64,000 bases of DNA from an uncultured virus (IMG/VR IMGVR_UViG_2541047320_000011). Taxonomy: Duplodnaviria > Heunggongvirae > Uroviricota > Caudoviricetes. A program made the position numbers and the translations under genes. This document shows, one piece after another, positions 1-9,964 of the stretch; positions within the stretch are counted from its first letter, which is position 1, and each line of letters begins with the position of its first letter. The notes below the pieces were generated by a model. That model did not search any database, was not told the DNA's origin, and worked only from the letters and a program-made list of their open reading frames with translations. The stretch is taken from positions 1 to 64,000 of the IMG/VR virus record IMGVR_UViG_2541047320_000011. One strand, written 5' to 3'.

Positions 1-161
1 TTTGAGTAGATGCCACATTTGAACCTACCTGCGATAAGTTGGTCAATCTTAGTATTCAACTCTGTTTTAGCAGTTTCTATATTTGTATTAACTTTTTCTA
101 TTTCTGTATTAGTGTTATTAGGTACATTTTTTAATTTTTTTACTACATCTTCATTTAACAA
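1..161 (-). CDS. Tail-region protein, runs off the window (5' part only)
   Basis: RBS AGAAGGTGA then TTG at 161; open frame MLNEDVVKKLKNVPNNTNTEIEKV... to the window edge. Confidence 0.6.
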   Translation of the reverse strand, partial: MLNEDVVKKLKNVPNNTNTEIEKVNTNIETAKTELNTKIDQLIAGRFKCGIYS

Positions 162-240
162 TTTATCACCTTCTTTTTTATTTAGAGAGCTACGTTAGTA
201 ACTCTCTATTTTGAACATAAAAAAAAGAACTCTTACAGTT

Positions 241-564
241 CTATGATAATGAAATCTCTAGTACTTCACACATTTTTCTTACTTCTTCTCGATATTTTAC
301 AGGTACTTGGTCAATTGTTTTTAAACCTCTCTCTATTAATCCTACGTAAATTGCTGCCATACTACTTCCTCCTTCATTTAATTTTATATTTTTTAATGAC
401 ATAGTAGATGTCTGTTGACTACTTAATACCATTTCGCATATTTCAGCAGTTGCTAACATTAAATCTGTTATGTCATCATCTTGCGTTTTTTGACTTGTAT
501 TTAAATTATTTATTTTTTGTTTCTGTTTAAGCTTCTCAATTTTTTCTTCATTTATATTTAGCAT
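241..564 (-). CDS. Small tail-region protein with CD1375/XkdX-like C-terminus
   Basis: 107-aa ORF; C-terminal MAAIYVGLIERGLKTIDQVPVKYREEV; internal RBS GGAGG before ATG at 360. Confidence 0.65.
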   Translation of the reverse strand: MLNINEEKIEKLKQKQKINNLNTSQKTQDDDITDLMLATAEICEMVLSSQQTSTMSLKNIKLNEGGSSMAAIYVGLIERGLKTIDQVPVKYREEVRKMCEVLEISLS

Positions 565-575
565 TTAATCACCTC

Positions 576-3500
576 TTAAAGTGTTTCCTCATCTATACTG
601 AATATCATAGATGGTCTTTTTATTGCTGTATCTTCATTTCCATTTACAATAATTTTAGGTTCTACTTCTTTAATTCCATTTTCTTTAAACTCATATATTT
701 CTTGATAACCTGTGTCAACTTTTTTTATTTCTAATAATTTGGCATCTTTATGCATACCAGTGTTATTAGTTTTTATTTGAACTTTCAATTTATTAATTAA
801 TTGATATATTATGTCTCCTACATTTATATTTCCTTCTAATTCTCTATCTAAAGTGACCGTAATCTTATTTTCAGTATCAGTTATAGATTTGACAGTATAT
901 CTTTTTCTATTAATTAATAAGTTTGAATCTTCGGTAACACATATAGCATTATTTTCTTTATTTATAATTGCAGATGCATACATATTATTGTTATAATCAT
1001 CATATCCTTTAAATACAACATTATTTGTTCCAAGTATTATTTTATCTAATGGTATTGAAAAGGCAGCAATCTTATTGGTGAATTGAGTCATGGTTGTAAT
1101 TAATTCATTATTTATATACATCTCTATTTTTATAATTGGATTTCCAATATCATCTATTTTAACCTTAAATCCAGATATAGTTTTTTCCATAATTTCTATA
1201 GTGGAATTCATTGTATGAGTTTTATATATCATTACTGTTGTTTCTTCATTTAAAGGATTAACCCAAGTTAAATCTTCTGGCTTTACAAAATCTGGTATTT
1301 CTATTTTATTGAATATTGTAGTATCATTTCCAGCTATTTTATAATGGTCTCTAATTTTACCACTTATGTAAACAGTATTATCTGTTTTTCTAAATAATAT
1401 ATAATCATAGCCTATTTCAACATCATCAACATTATCTGCTACTTTAGTAAAATTTATTATTGTTTGATTTACTTTACTAGCTCCTAATCCTAAATTACCA
1501 TTTCTATTATGACCTTGTACCCATAACGTATTATCATTTAATAATACTAGTGTGAAGTTATGGTCACACATTACCTTTTTAGCATTAGATATACCAGGAA
1601 CTCTTTGAGGTTCTGTAACTTCATTATTATGTCCTAATCCTAATTGATATGAACCATTTAAACCTACAGAATATAAAGTACCATCATTTTTTACAAAATA
1701 TGAGAATCCAGTACCAGCAGATGCTTGTTTAATATTATCAAAATTCAATTTAGTAAAAGATGATAATTCTGTTGTTGTAGGTGGATTTAATAGTTGTCTA
1801 TATAAATTTGAACCACAACCGTAAAGTTCTCCATTTGTATTTACAATTAGAGAATGTGTTTTTGACATCCAAAATTCTTTAATATTTTCTACAGGAATTT
1901 TTATCACATTGTAAGCTTCTGGATGAGTAGGTATACTATTGCTTCCTAATAATTTATTATAGTTTAATTCATAATCTGATTCAGTATTGTGTATATGATG
2001 CGTATCTTTTACTGGGATTAAATATTGATTATTTACTAAATTAAAGTTAGTATTTGTTGTAATACTGTTTATTTTATTAAAATCAAATAAATTATAATTA
2101 AATAATTTTGCAAGAGATGCTGTAGTAGTTAATTCTCCTAATCCTAATTGACCATTAGTATTATTTCCTGCTCCTAATATAGCACCATCATTGAGAGTTA
2201 ATATTGTATAATTTGTCCCACATGATATATCTTTTACATTATCTTTAATTTTTGTAAATGTTGTTAAATTAGTAGTATTTCCAGTTCCTAATTCACCATT
2301 AGCATTATATCCTTGTGCCCATACAGTATTATCATTTTTTAATACTACTATACATCCATATCCACATTGTACCTTCTTAATATTATCTATATTATTTACT
2401 TTAGTAAATACATTTCTACTAGTATTATCGCCTAGACATAATTGTCCTAAATGGTTTCTACCAGTAACCCATAATGTATTATCTGTTTTTAATATTGCAG
2501 TAAACTCAACACCACATATTACCTCTTTAACATTCTCTATATCTACTTTTGTAAATTTTTTTGTTGCATCATTATGTCCTAATCCTAATTCACCATTATT
2601 ATTATATCCTGTAGCCCATAATGTATTATCATTTTTTATTACAAAAGAACTTGATTTATTTGCTTTGATATATTTTACATCATTTATAGGTAATTTAGTA
2701 AAAGTTTTGAAACTGTTAGGAGATGTCATTCCTAATTCACCAGATGCATTACCTCCTGAACCATATACATTTCCAGTATCTGTTAATACTAGTGTATATC
2801 TACTACCAGCACTTACTTGAACAATATTATGCCCAATATCTCCCAGTTTTGTAAATGTATTTCTACTACCACTAATATTACCTAAAGCTCCATTTGCAGT
2901 TATTCCTGTACCCCATACAGTACCATCAGTTTTTAATATTATAGTAGCATCTGTTCCTATAGAAATATCTTTAACATTATTTATATTTACTTTTGTAAAT
3001 GATAATCTAGTTGTAGTATTTCCAGTTCCTAATTCACCATTAGCATTATATCCTGTACTATATACATCTCCATTATTTTTTAGTATAAAAGTTCTATTAA
3101 CTTGACTACATACAACTTTAAAATTATTAGTAAAATTGGTTACATTATTATTTATCATCCATGACCATGAAGCTTCTGATGTAGAATTAAATGATGCTGT
3201 TCCATCCCCCATTCCTAATTGACCAATTATGTTACTACCTCTAATATAGACTTCATTTCCATCTGTTATCATAATAGTATATTCTGCTCCAGATACTGCA
3301 TGTCTTATACGCATGTTATTTGGAAGTATGGTTGTAAAACTATTAATATTAGAACTACTATTATATATTTGATTCTTATTATTATTTCCTGTAGCTAATA
3401 TTGTACCAGTACAATCAAGTATTAATTTATGTAAAGAAGTAGGCGAAGATTTACATATGTATTGTACATAAGAACGAGCAAGTGTGAAAGTATTAATAGG

Positions 3501-5471
3501 ACTTGTCAAATTGCCCAATCCTAATTGACCACTTGTGTTAAGTCCAGCAACCCATAATTCAGAATTATTTTTTAATATATATGTACTATTACCCCCAGCG
3601 TCTATTTGTTTTACATCACTAATATCTACTTTTGTGAATTCTTTTACCACATTATTATTTCCAGTTCCTAATTGACCATTAGTATTATTTCCTGTACCCC
3701 ATACAGTATCATCATTTTTTAATATTATAGTATGATTTGAACCACATGCCACATCTTTTACATTATCTATTCCAATTTTTGTAAATGTTGTTACATTTGT
3801 ATTATGTCCTAATCCTAATTGACCACTTGAATTATTTCCTGTACCCCATACAGTATCATCATTTTTTAATATTATAGTATGATTTGAACCACCACATATA
3901 TCTTTTACATTATCTATATTTATTTTTTTAAAAACATTAGTATTTGTATTATGTCCTAATCCTAATTGACCACTTGAATTATTTCCTGTACCCCATACAG
4001 TATCATCATTTTTTAATATTATAGTATGATTTGAACCACATGCCACATCTTTTACATTATCTTTAATTTTTGTAAATGTTGTTACATTTGTATTATGTCC
4101 TAATCCTAATTGACCACTTGAATTATTTCCTGTACCATATAATATCCCATTACCTTTTAATAAAAATGTATGATTATCTCCACAATATATTTTATCTCCT
4201 TTATTGTAAATTAAATAATCTCCATTTTCTTTTAATAAGTATGTATCTCTACCAACATTTATCGACTTATTATATCCTATATAATCTCTATTTTTATATG
4301 TACAATAAGTAATAAATCGTGTATCATTTACAAAGTCTTTACATCCTATATTATAAATATTATTATTTCCTGTAAAATATATTTTATTATCATTTGTTAT
4401 TGCATAAAATGTGTAAGCATTATTACTTAAAATATATTTAATATTATATAAATCTTCTATTTTAATAAAGACATTTGATATGCCACTGTTATTATTAATA
4501 CCTATATTGCTTTTATTGCCAGTTCCCCATATAGTATTATCTAATTTAAATATCATTGTGTTAATATTTCCAGCTACTACTTGTTTAACATTTGTTGCAA
4601 TTGAAGTAAATGATAATCTAGTTGTAGTATCTCCAGTTCCTAATTGACCATCACCATTATGTCCTGTACCCCATACAGTATCATCATTTTTTAATATTAT
4701 AGTATGATTTGAACCACCACATATTTCTTTTACATTATCTATTCCAATTTTTGTAAATGTTGTTACATTTGTATTATGTCCTAATCCTAATTGACCATCA
4801 CCATTATATCCAGTAGTCCATACAGTATCATCATTTTTTATTACAAATAAATTATAACAAACAATTTTTATGTATTTTACATCTTCTATAGGTAATTTGG
4901 TATAAGAGAGTTTCATTGAATAATTATCTCCAAAACCAAATAAATTTCCCCTTGTATTTCCATTTCCAACCTCTGGATTTCCTGCACCCCATACAGTACC
5001 ATCAGTTTTTAATATTACACAGATTTTTTCACTAAAACATTCAACATCTTTAACATCAGTAACTGGAATTTTTATAAATGTATTTCTAACATTTCTATCT
5101 CCCATTCCTAGTTCAGCATTATAATTTATACCAGCACCATATAATTCGCCAGAATTGGTTAATATCAAAGTAGAATATGTGTTACTTACCACTTTTTTTA
5201 TATCTGTAATACCCACATCAATTTTGGTAAATTCTTTAATAGAATATAGCATTGCATTATTATACGAAGTTAATATATCATATGCTTTTCCTACACCAAA
5301 ACCATTTAAACCACAAATCCATAAACTGCCATCAGCTTTTAATCCATACATACCATTTGCATAAGGAAATAATTTTACAAAATCATACTTATTCCAATCA
5401 GTACTAAATTCTTCAAAAAAATAGTTACTATTAAAGTATCTACCACGTTGTAACAATTTATTTTCTTTCAA
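576..5471 (-). CDS. RCC1/BLIP-II repeat beta-propeller protein, probable tail receptor-binding or adhesin protein
   Basis: 1631 aa; many repeats of the form ILKNDDTVWGTGxNxxGQLGLG; lies next to the baseplate gene. Confidence 0.85.
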   Translation of the reverse strand: MKENKLLQRGRYFNSNYFFEEFSTDWNKYDFVKLFPYANGMYGLKADGSLWICGLNGFGVGKAYDILTSYNNAMLYSIKEFTKIDVGITDIKKVVSNTYSTLILTNSGELYGAGINYNAELGMGDRNVRNTFIKIPVTDVKDVECFSEKICVILKTDGTVWGAGNPEVGNGNTRGNLFGFGDNYSMKLSYTKLPIEDVKYIKIVCYNLFVIKNDDTVWTTGYNGDGQLGLGHNTNVTTFTKIGIDNVKEICGGSNHTIILKNDDTVWGTGHNGDGQLGTGDTTTRLSFTSIATNVKQVVAGNINTMIFKLDNTIWGTGNKSNIGINNNSGISNVFIKIEDLYNIKYILSNNAYTFYAITNDNKIYFTGNNNIYNIGCKDFVNDTRFITYCTYKNRDYIGYNKSINVGRDTYLLKENGDYLIYNKGDKIYCGDNHTFLLKGNGILYGTGNNSSGQLGLGHNTNVTTFTKIKDNVKDVACGSNHTIILKNDDTVWGTGNNSSGQLGLGHNTNTNVFKKINIDNVKDICGGSNHTIILKNDDTVWGTGNNSSGQLGLGHNTNVTTFTKIGIDNVKDVACGSNHTIILKNDDTVWGTGNNTNGQLGTGNNNVVKEFTKVDISDVKQIDAGGNSTYILKNNSELWVAGLNTSGQLGLGNLTSPINTFTLARSYVQYICKSSPTSLHKLILDCTGTILATGNNNKNQIYNSSSNINSFTTILPNNMRIRHAVSGAEYTIMITDGNEVYIRGSNIIGQLGMGDGTASFNSTSEASWSWMINNNVTNFTNNFKVVCSQVNRTFILKNNGDVYSTGYNANGELGTGNTTTRLSFTKVNINNVKDISIGTDATIILKTDGTVWGTGITANGALGNISGSRNTFTKLGDIGHNIVQVSAGSRYTLVLTDTGNVYGSGGNASGELGMTSPNSFKTFTKLPINDVKYIKANKSSSFVIKNDNTLWATGYNNNGELGLGHNDATKKFTKVDIENVKEVICGVEFTAILKTDNTLWVTGRNHLGQLCLGDNTSRNVFTKVNNIDNIKKVQCGYGCIVVLKNDNTVWAQGYNANGELGTGNTTNLTTFTKIKDNVKDISCGTNYTILTLNDGAILGAGNNTNGQLGLGELTTTASLAKLFNYNLFDFNKINSITTNTNFNLVNNQYLIPVKDTHHIHNTESDYELNYNKLLGSNSIPTHPEAYNVIKIPVENIKEFWMSKTHSLIVNTNGELYGCGSNLYRQLLNPPTTTELSSFTKLNFDNIKQASAGTGFSYFVKNDGTLYSVGLNGSYQLGLGHNNEVTEPQRVPGISNAKKVMCDHNFTLVLLNDNTLWVQGHNRNGNLGLGASKVNQTIINFTKVADNVDDVEIGYDYILFRKTDNTVYISGKIRDHYKIAGNDTTIFNKIEIPDFVKPEDLTWVNPLNEETTVMIYKTHTMNSTIEIMEKTISGFKVKIDDIGNPIIKIEMYINNELITTMTQFTNKIAAFSIPLDKIILGTNNVVFKGYDDYNNNMYASAIINKENNAICVTEDSNLLINRKRYTVKSITDTENKITVTLDRELEGNINVGDIIYQLINKLKVQIKTNNTGMHKDAKLLEIKKVDTGYQEIYEFKENGIKEVEPKIIVNGNEDTAIKRPSMIFSIDEETL
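3691..4138. repeat. Near-identical 147-nt (49-codon) tandem repeats inside the RCC1 gene
   Basis: cctgtaccccatacagtatcatcattttttaatattatagtatgatttgaaccac at 3691, 3838, 3985 and 4663; partial copy at 4129. Confidence 0.9.
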
Positions 5472-5487
5472 TGTTTTTCACCTCTAT

Positions 5488-7563
5488 TTATTTAATTTCA
5501 TATGAATACTTATCTAAATCTATTGAAATATTCCCAGCAGTTATTTCAGTATCAGAAATAGTCTCTACATAATTATCTTCTAGTTCATGTATATATCTCA
5601 CCTTAATACAATCAAATGGAATTGTTATTCTGTTAAATGTAACACTACCAGTAGCACCTTGTATTTTCCTATTTTTTGTATCTAGCTTTAAATCTCCATC
5701 AATAGATAATATCCCTTTATCATCAGATAAACTATCAAACCAGTGTCCTACTTCATCTGCTTTACTTCCAGATTCCAATTCCAAATAAACTGCTATATCT
5801 AAGACTTTATTAGAAAGTGCATCATACTTAGCTTTTAAACTGTCTAATTGTTGACCTAAATTTCCACCCTCTTGCAAAACTTTAACACTAGCATCTAATT
5901 CATTTACTGCATCTAATATATTTTTAGATACTGTACTTAATTCACTCGAACCAACTTTGCTTTGTATTAGATTTATTTTCTCTAAGTTAGTAGCTATATT
6001 ACTTTTATTTTCATTTATCTTAGTTAGACTCTCATCAAATTTTGCATCAATTTTAACACTAGAGTAAGTACTATCTAGTGTTGTTATATTATCATTTATT
6101 GTAGCTTGTATAACTTCTTTATTTGTATTACCATTTACAACAGTTACTTTTACATCTATGTTACTTTCATTAAATATTTCTATCGTATTAGAATCTACTA
6201 TAGTATAAGAATTAGTCATACTTTTCTTAGTTGATTCATCTAATATTGCTACAAATATATTTTCTGTAACTAAATTATGATTAACTATAAGTTTAAAATA
6301 TTCTCCATCAGCAACCCAATCAGATTCAACATAAGATTTACTAAAAGCTACATTAGTTGCAGCAGAAGTCATTTCTGCTATTTTCTCGTTAACTTTCTCA
6401 AAGTCATATGTTAATCTATCCTTTAAAGTATCCTTTACAGTTCCATCAACACTTTCTCTAGCTTGTATTAATTCGCCTCTAGCATCAAGACTTTCTAATT
6501 CTTCAAACCTATTTTCAAATTCAGTTATTTTATTACTAACAGTTGTTGTCATATCAGTTTTAGCAGTATTTACTTCAACTATTTTGTCATCTACTTCTTT
6601 TATCTTTGTATCTAATTTTGTAGTACTTTCATCAATACAAGTTTCTATATCAGATATAGCTTGATTTACTTCATCAAGTTTGTAATCAATTTGCTCTTGG
6701 TTATCTGTAAGTTTATCTTCAAATGTCTTATCATACAAATCAAAAATATTATTAGCTCTAGTATCTAAGTCCTGAAACTTCTTATCTGTCTGAACTTGAA
6801 CATCAAGCATTTTATCATCGACTATATTGTCTATTTCTTCAGACTTAGCATCTATCATTTCATCTAATTGTAATTGGCAATCAGTAAGTTTATCATCAAC
6901 TTGAATTTGCATATTTTGAATGGATTCTTCACGATTGGCTTCTTGGTTTTGACGTGTTAACTCATTAAACTCTCTTTCTTCTTCTTGTATGTTTCTTATA
7001 TCTTCATTATAAATCCTAATCTGCTCTGCTTTATCTCTAACTTCTTCATTTCCAAGTATAGTTATTTCAAGTTGTTCAACTCTTTTAGTTAACTCTTTAT
7101 TATTTTTTATAATCTCTTCTGCTTGAGATATTAAGACTAATAAAACTCCATACTCATCTGTACTGGTCAAATCATCATCATTAATCATACCTTCTTCAAC
7201 ACGATAATAAAGATTAGTAGTATTAATAAGAGTATTTCCTTTTACTAGAGAAAGTTGGAATGTATTTATACCAACACTTGCAAGTGCTTGTCGGCTAAGT
7301 TCTATCTCTACAACACCATTTTCTGCATCTACAACTTCACATTCACCATTAACTTTTTGTCCGTCTGATTTTGTAATGCTAACTAAAACTCTATCATATT
7401 CAGATAAATCTATTATTTCATCTTTGTTTTTCAATATTGCTTCAATATAAGCTGTTTTGACATCATTTTCATTATAAATAAAATAATCTAGTAATCTTTT
7501 GTTTATTCTATAATTACTAAAGTCGACCTCTATGGTATGATTCTTTATTTCATAATTTTTCAA
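5488..7563 (-). CDS. BppU-family upper baseplate protein with coiled-coil stalk
   Basis: N-terminal YNENDVKTAYIEAILK...ITKSDG...NGVVEIEL resembles BppU_N; long heptad region follows. Confidence 0.75.
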   Translation of the reverse strand: MKNYEIKNHTIEVDFSNYRINKRLLDYFIYNENDVKTAYIEAILKNKDEIIDLSEYDRVLVSITKSDGQKVNGECEVVDAENGVVEIELSRQALASVGINTFQLSLVKGNTLINTTNLYYRVEEGMINDDDLTSTDEYGVLLVLISQAEEIIKNNKELTKRVEQLEITILGNEEVRDKAEQIRIYNEDIRNIQEEEREFNELTRQNQEANREESIQNMQIQVDDKLTDCQLQLDEMIDAKSEEIDNIVDDKMLDVQVQTDKKFQDLDTRANNIFDLYDKTFEDKLTDNQEQIDYKLDEVNQAISDIETCIDESTTKLDTKIKEVDDKIVEVNTAKTDMTTTVSNKITEFENRFEELESLDARGELIQARESVDGTVKDTLKDRLTYDFEKVNEKIAEMTSAATNVAFSKSYVESDWVADGEYFKLIVNHNLVTENIFVAILDESTKKSMTNSYTIVDSNTIEIFNESNIDVKVTVVNGNTNKEVIQATINDNITTLDSTYSSVKIDAKFDESLTKINENKSNIATNLEKINLIQSKVGSSELSTVSKNILDAVNELDASVKVLQEGGNLGQQLDSLKAKYDALSNKVLDIAVYLELESGSKADEVGHWFDSLSDDKGILSIDGDLKLDTKNRKIQGATGSVTFNRITIPFDCIKVRYIHELEDNYVETISDTEITAGNISIDLDKYSYEIK

Positions 7564-7574
7564 AGTATCACATC

Positions 7575-7736
7575 CTATTGTTCTTTATTTTGTTTAGTTT
7601 CTACTTTTTCTTTTCTTAACTCATTTATCTCTTCTTGTAATTGTCCATTTAGTGCCTTATAAAGTATTAATTCATTTTGCAATCCTCTTATTTCTTCTAA
7701 AGCTATTGTATATGCTCTTTGCATGTTTACTTCCAT
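7575..7736 (-). CDS. Small coiled-coil protein, 53 aa (missing from the ORF track)
   Basis: RBS AAGGAGGA; MEVNMQRAYTIALEEIRGLQNELILYKALNGQLQEEINELRKEK... Confidence 0.75.
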   Translation of the reverse strand: MEVNMQRAYTIALEEIRGLQNELILYKALNGQLQEEINELRKEKVETKQNKEQ

Positions 7737-7751
7737 AATTATTATCCTCCT

Positions 7752-8057
7752 TTATATATCCAAAGAATCTTTAAATTTTTCTATGTTTTCTTTTAAATAG
7801 TTATATCCTGATTCGAGTGGGTTTTTACCTCTTGCATCTAGTGTATTAATTCCAAAATAGTTATCAAAATTATCTTCTAAAACAGATATATTTTCATATT
7901 CAACAGCATCTAAACCTTCTCTTCTTGCTTCCTCTGAAATATATCCTGATACTTTAATCTGAGCCATTTTATTACTATAGGATATATTTACAGTTGATAT
8001 CCTCCAATAATAAACTTGTTGACCTGTTGCTAATAACTTATTCTTTCCAATCGCCAT
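7752..8057 (-). CDS. Hypothetical tail-associated protein
   Basis: Probable start MAIGKN at 8057, overlapping the end of the upstream gene. Confidence 0.7.
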   Translation of the reverse strand: MAIGKNKLLATGQQVYYWRISTVNISYSNKMAQIKVSGYISEEARREGLDAVEYENISVLEDNFDNYFGINTLDARGKNPLESGYNYLKENIEKFKDSLDI

Positions 8058-9963
8058 GTTGTTCTTCACCACCCATTATTTTGTAATATGTATGTTCATA
8101 TCCTATTCTTTTCCCTATTACTCTAAAATCACATTTACCTGTATGTCCAACTACTTTAAAATAGTCACTTCCTTTTTCAACAACCTTGCAATTAGCATTA
8201 GAACTAAATACTGCAAAATTTAATATACTCTGAGCAAAGATATTATTTAATTTTATTATTGTACCAGTTTCTTCAACTTCTACATCAAATAAAACGTCTT
8301 CAATTAGAAATTTAGGACTATCAACTGGAGACATACCAAATTTCGTACCATTTATTTCTATACTTCCTCCGACTTTTGAACCATTTCTACCAAAATTGTG
8401 ACATTCATCTCCTCTAATCATGAAAGATATTGCTCCATCACTCCAAATAACAATACCATTGTCAGCCCTTTCGTCAGCAGATGTATAAAACCTAAAATGT
8501 CCACGTGAAAAGTCCATTCTTGTGTTTCCATCAGAACCAACCTCTATTTTATTAGCTCCCAATTTTGCTTCATTTAAATCAAATTTATAATTCTCATACG
8601 CATCTACATATATAGCAGCACCTCCATCTCCAACAAAAAAATAATTATTACTATTATATTTTAATCTTATAGCTGATGCTTGACTAGAACCATCAGACCT
8701 TCTTGCATCTATTGCAAATCCAGACCTGCTACTTCCAAATAATCTGATTATTGGTTCATGGCCAGGTGGAGTAGTTAATATATCACATGCTATAGCTCCT
8801 TGATTTACTGTTAGACCACTCCTGCTTATCTCTACATAATTTGATATATCATTAAATCCAAATTCGATTTTATCAGGTTTAATTCCTACAATTGAACCAC
8901 TTCCATTTCTTGTAACCATCATTGTTATATCGTCTTTGGTTAATTTAATTTCAGCAGCATTAGTTTTAGTCACACCATCTACTCTAGCTACTTCTAATTT
9001 TATTTCTTTAGCTGTAGCGTTTATCTGTGAAAATTCCTCTGATATACTTCCACCCATACCTGTTATATAAATTCTATCCACTGTATTTTTAAGTTCATTT
9101 ATCTTTAAGTTATATTGAGCATTTGCATTTATAGCTAAAATTCTGTCTGAAGGTGTAATTATACTATCTGAAATAACTGAATTGATTATAGAGTTTAGAT
9201 TGGTACTTGCTGCATCCAATGCTGTTTTTGAAGTGTTTATTGCTACTAAGTCTACTCCAGTAGTTCTATCAATAAGTTTTTGTAGCTCTGTATATAAACT
9301 TGCTTTGTCTGTATCTAATAAATTAAGTTCAATATCAATCTTTTCTTTTTCTTCATCTGTAATCTCATTATCATTAAAATAATTAGACATATTAGAACTA
9401 AATGTACCTAAATCTGCATTTAACTTAATTATAGACTTATTTATGTTTTCTCTTAATGTTATATTTTCTTGTGAACCACCAAAATTTTTAGTAACTTCTT
9501 TTACTAATATATTTACATTTTCAGCTCTCTGGTCTATAAGAGACATATTTTCTTTTATATGAGATGCATCTTCTTGTACCTCTAAAACTGTCTGATGTAT
9601 CCCATCTATGTCTTTTTCAATAACTACAAACTTTTCATTGTGTTCTTCATCAGTTTCATATAATCCCCAGATTTGTTCTTCAGTATTTTTTCTTGAATTA
9701 CCATCAAAAGATATATTGAATATTGATGAGTTTGTAGGAACTTCTGTATGCTTTCCATTATCATTTACAACTACTAAAAATTGTGTATTTCCTTCTGGTA
9801 ATCTTACATTAGAAACTTTTAATGTCCCTGGATTATCAGCATCCCAGTATATATATTTTTTATTTGTTTCTTTATCTACTACTTGGTAAAGTGTGTTATT
9901 GTAAGTAACAATTACTCCAGTAATTCTAATCCATGAATCTGCTGGTGAATTATCCAATATCAA
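8038..9963 (-). CDS. Minor tail / tail spike protein
   Basis: 641 aa; coiled-coil middle and Gly-rich beta C-terminus; position in the tail module. Confidence 0.65.
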   Translation of the reverse strand: MILDNSPADSWIRITGVIVTYNNTLYQVVDKETNKKYIYWDADNPGTLKVSNVRLPEGNTQFLVVVNDNGKHTEVPTNSSIFNISFDGNSRKNTEEQIWGLYETDEEHNEKFVVIEKDIDGIHQTVLEVQEDASHIKENMSLIDQRAENVNILVKEVTKNFGGSQENITLRENINKSIIKLNADLGTFSSNMSNYFNDNEITDEEKEKIDIELNLLDTDKASLYTELQKLIDRTTGVDLVAINTSKTALDAASTNLNSIINSVISDSIITPSDRILAINANAQYNLKINELKNTVDRIYITGMGGSISEEFSQINATAKEIKLEVARVDGVTKTNAAEIKLTKDDITMMVTRNGSGSIVGIKPDKIEFGFNDISNYVEISRSGLTVNQGAIACDILTTPPGHEPIIRLFGSSRSGFAIDARRSDGSSQASAIRLKYNSNNYFFVGDGGAAIYVDAYENYKFDLNEAKLGANKIEVGSDGNTRMDFSRGHFRFYTSADERADNGIVIWSDGAISFMIRGDECHNFGRNGSKVGGSIEINGTKFGMSPVDSPKFLIEDVLFDVEVEETGTIIKLNNIFAQSILNFAVFSSNANCKVVEKGSDYFKVVGHTGKCDFRVIGKRIGYEHTYYKIMGGEEQHGDWKE

Positions 9964-9964
9964 T

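Noticed and set aside
1..40. Possible frameshift near the window edge in the first gene
   Set aside because: Gene is truncated by the window, so this cannot be judged
576..5471. Diversity-generating retroelement target in the RCC1 gene
   Set aside because: Repeats are in-frame tandem blades with no adenine-specific TR/VR pattern noticed, and no RT is in the window
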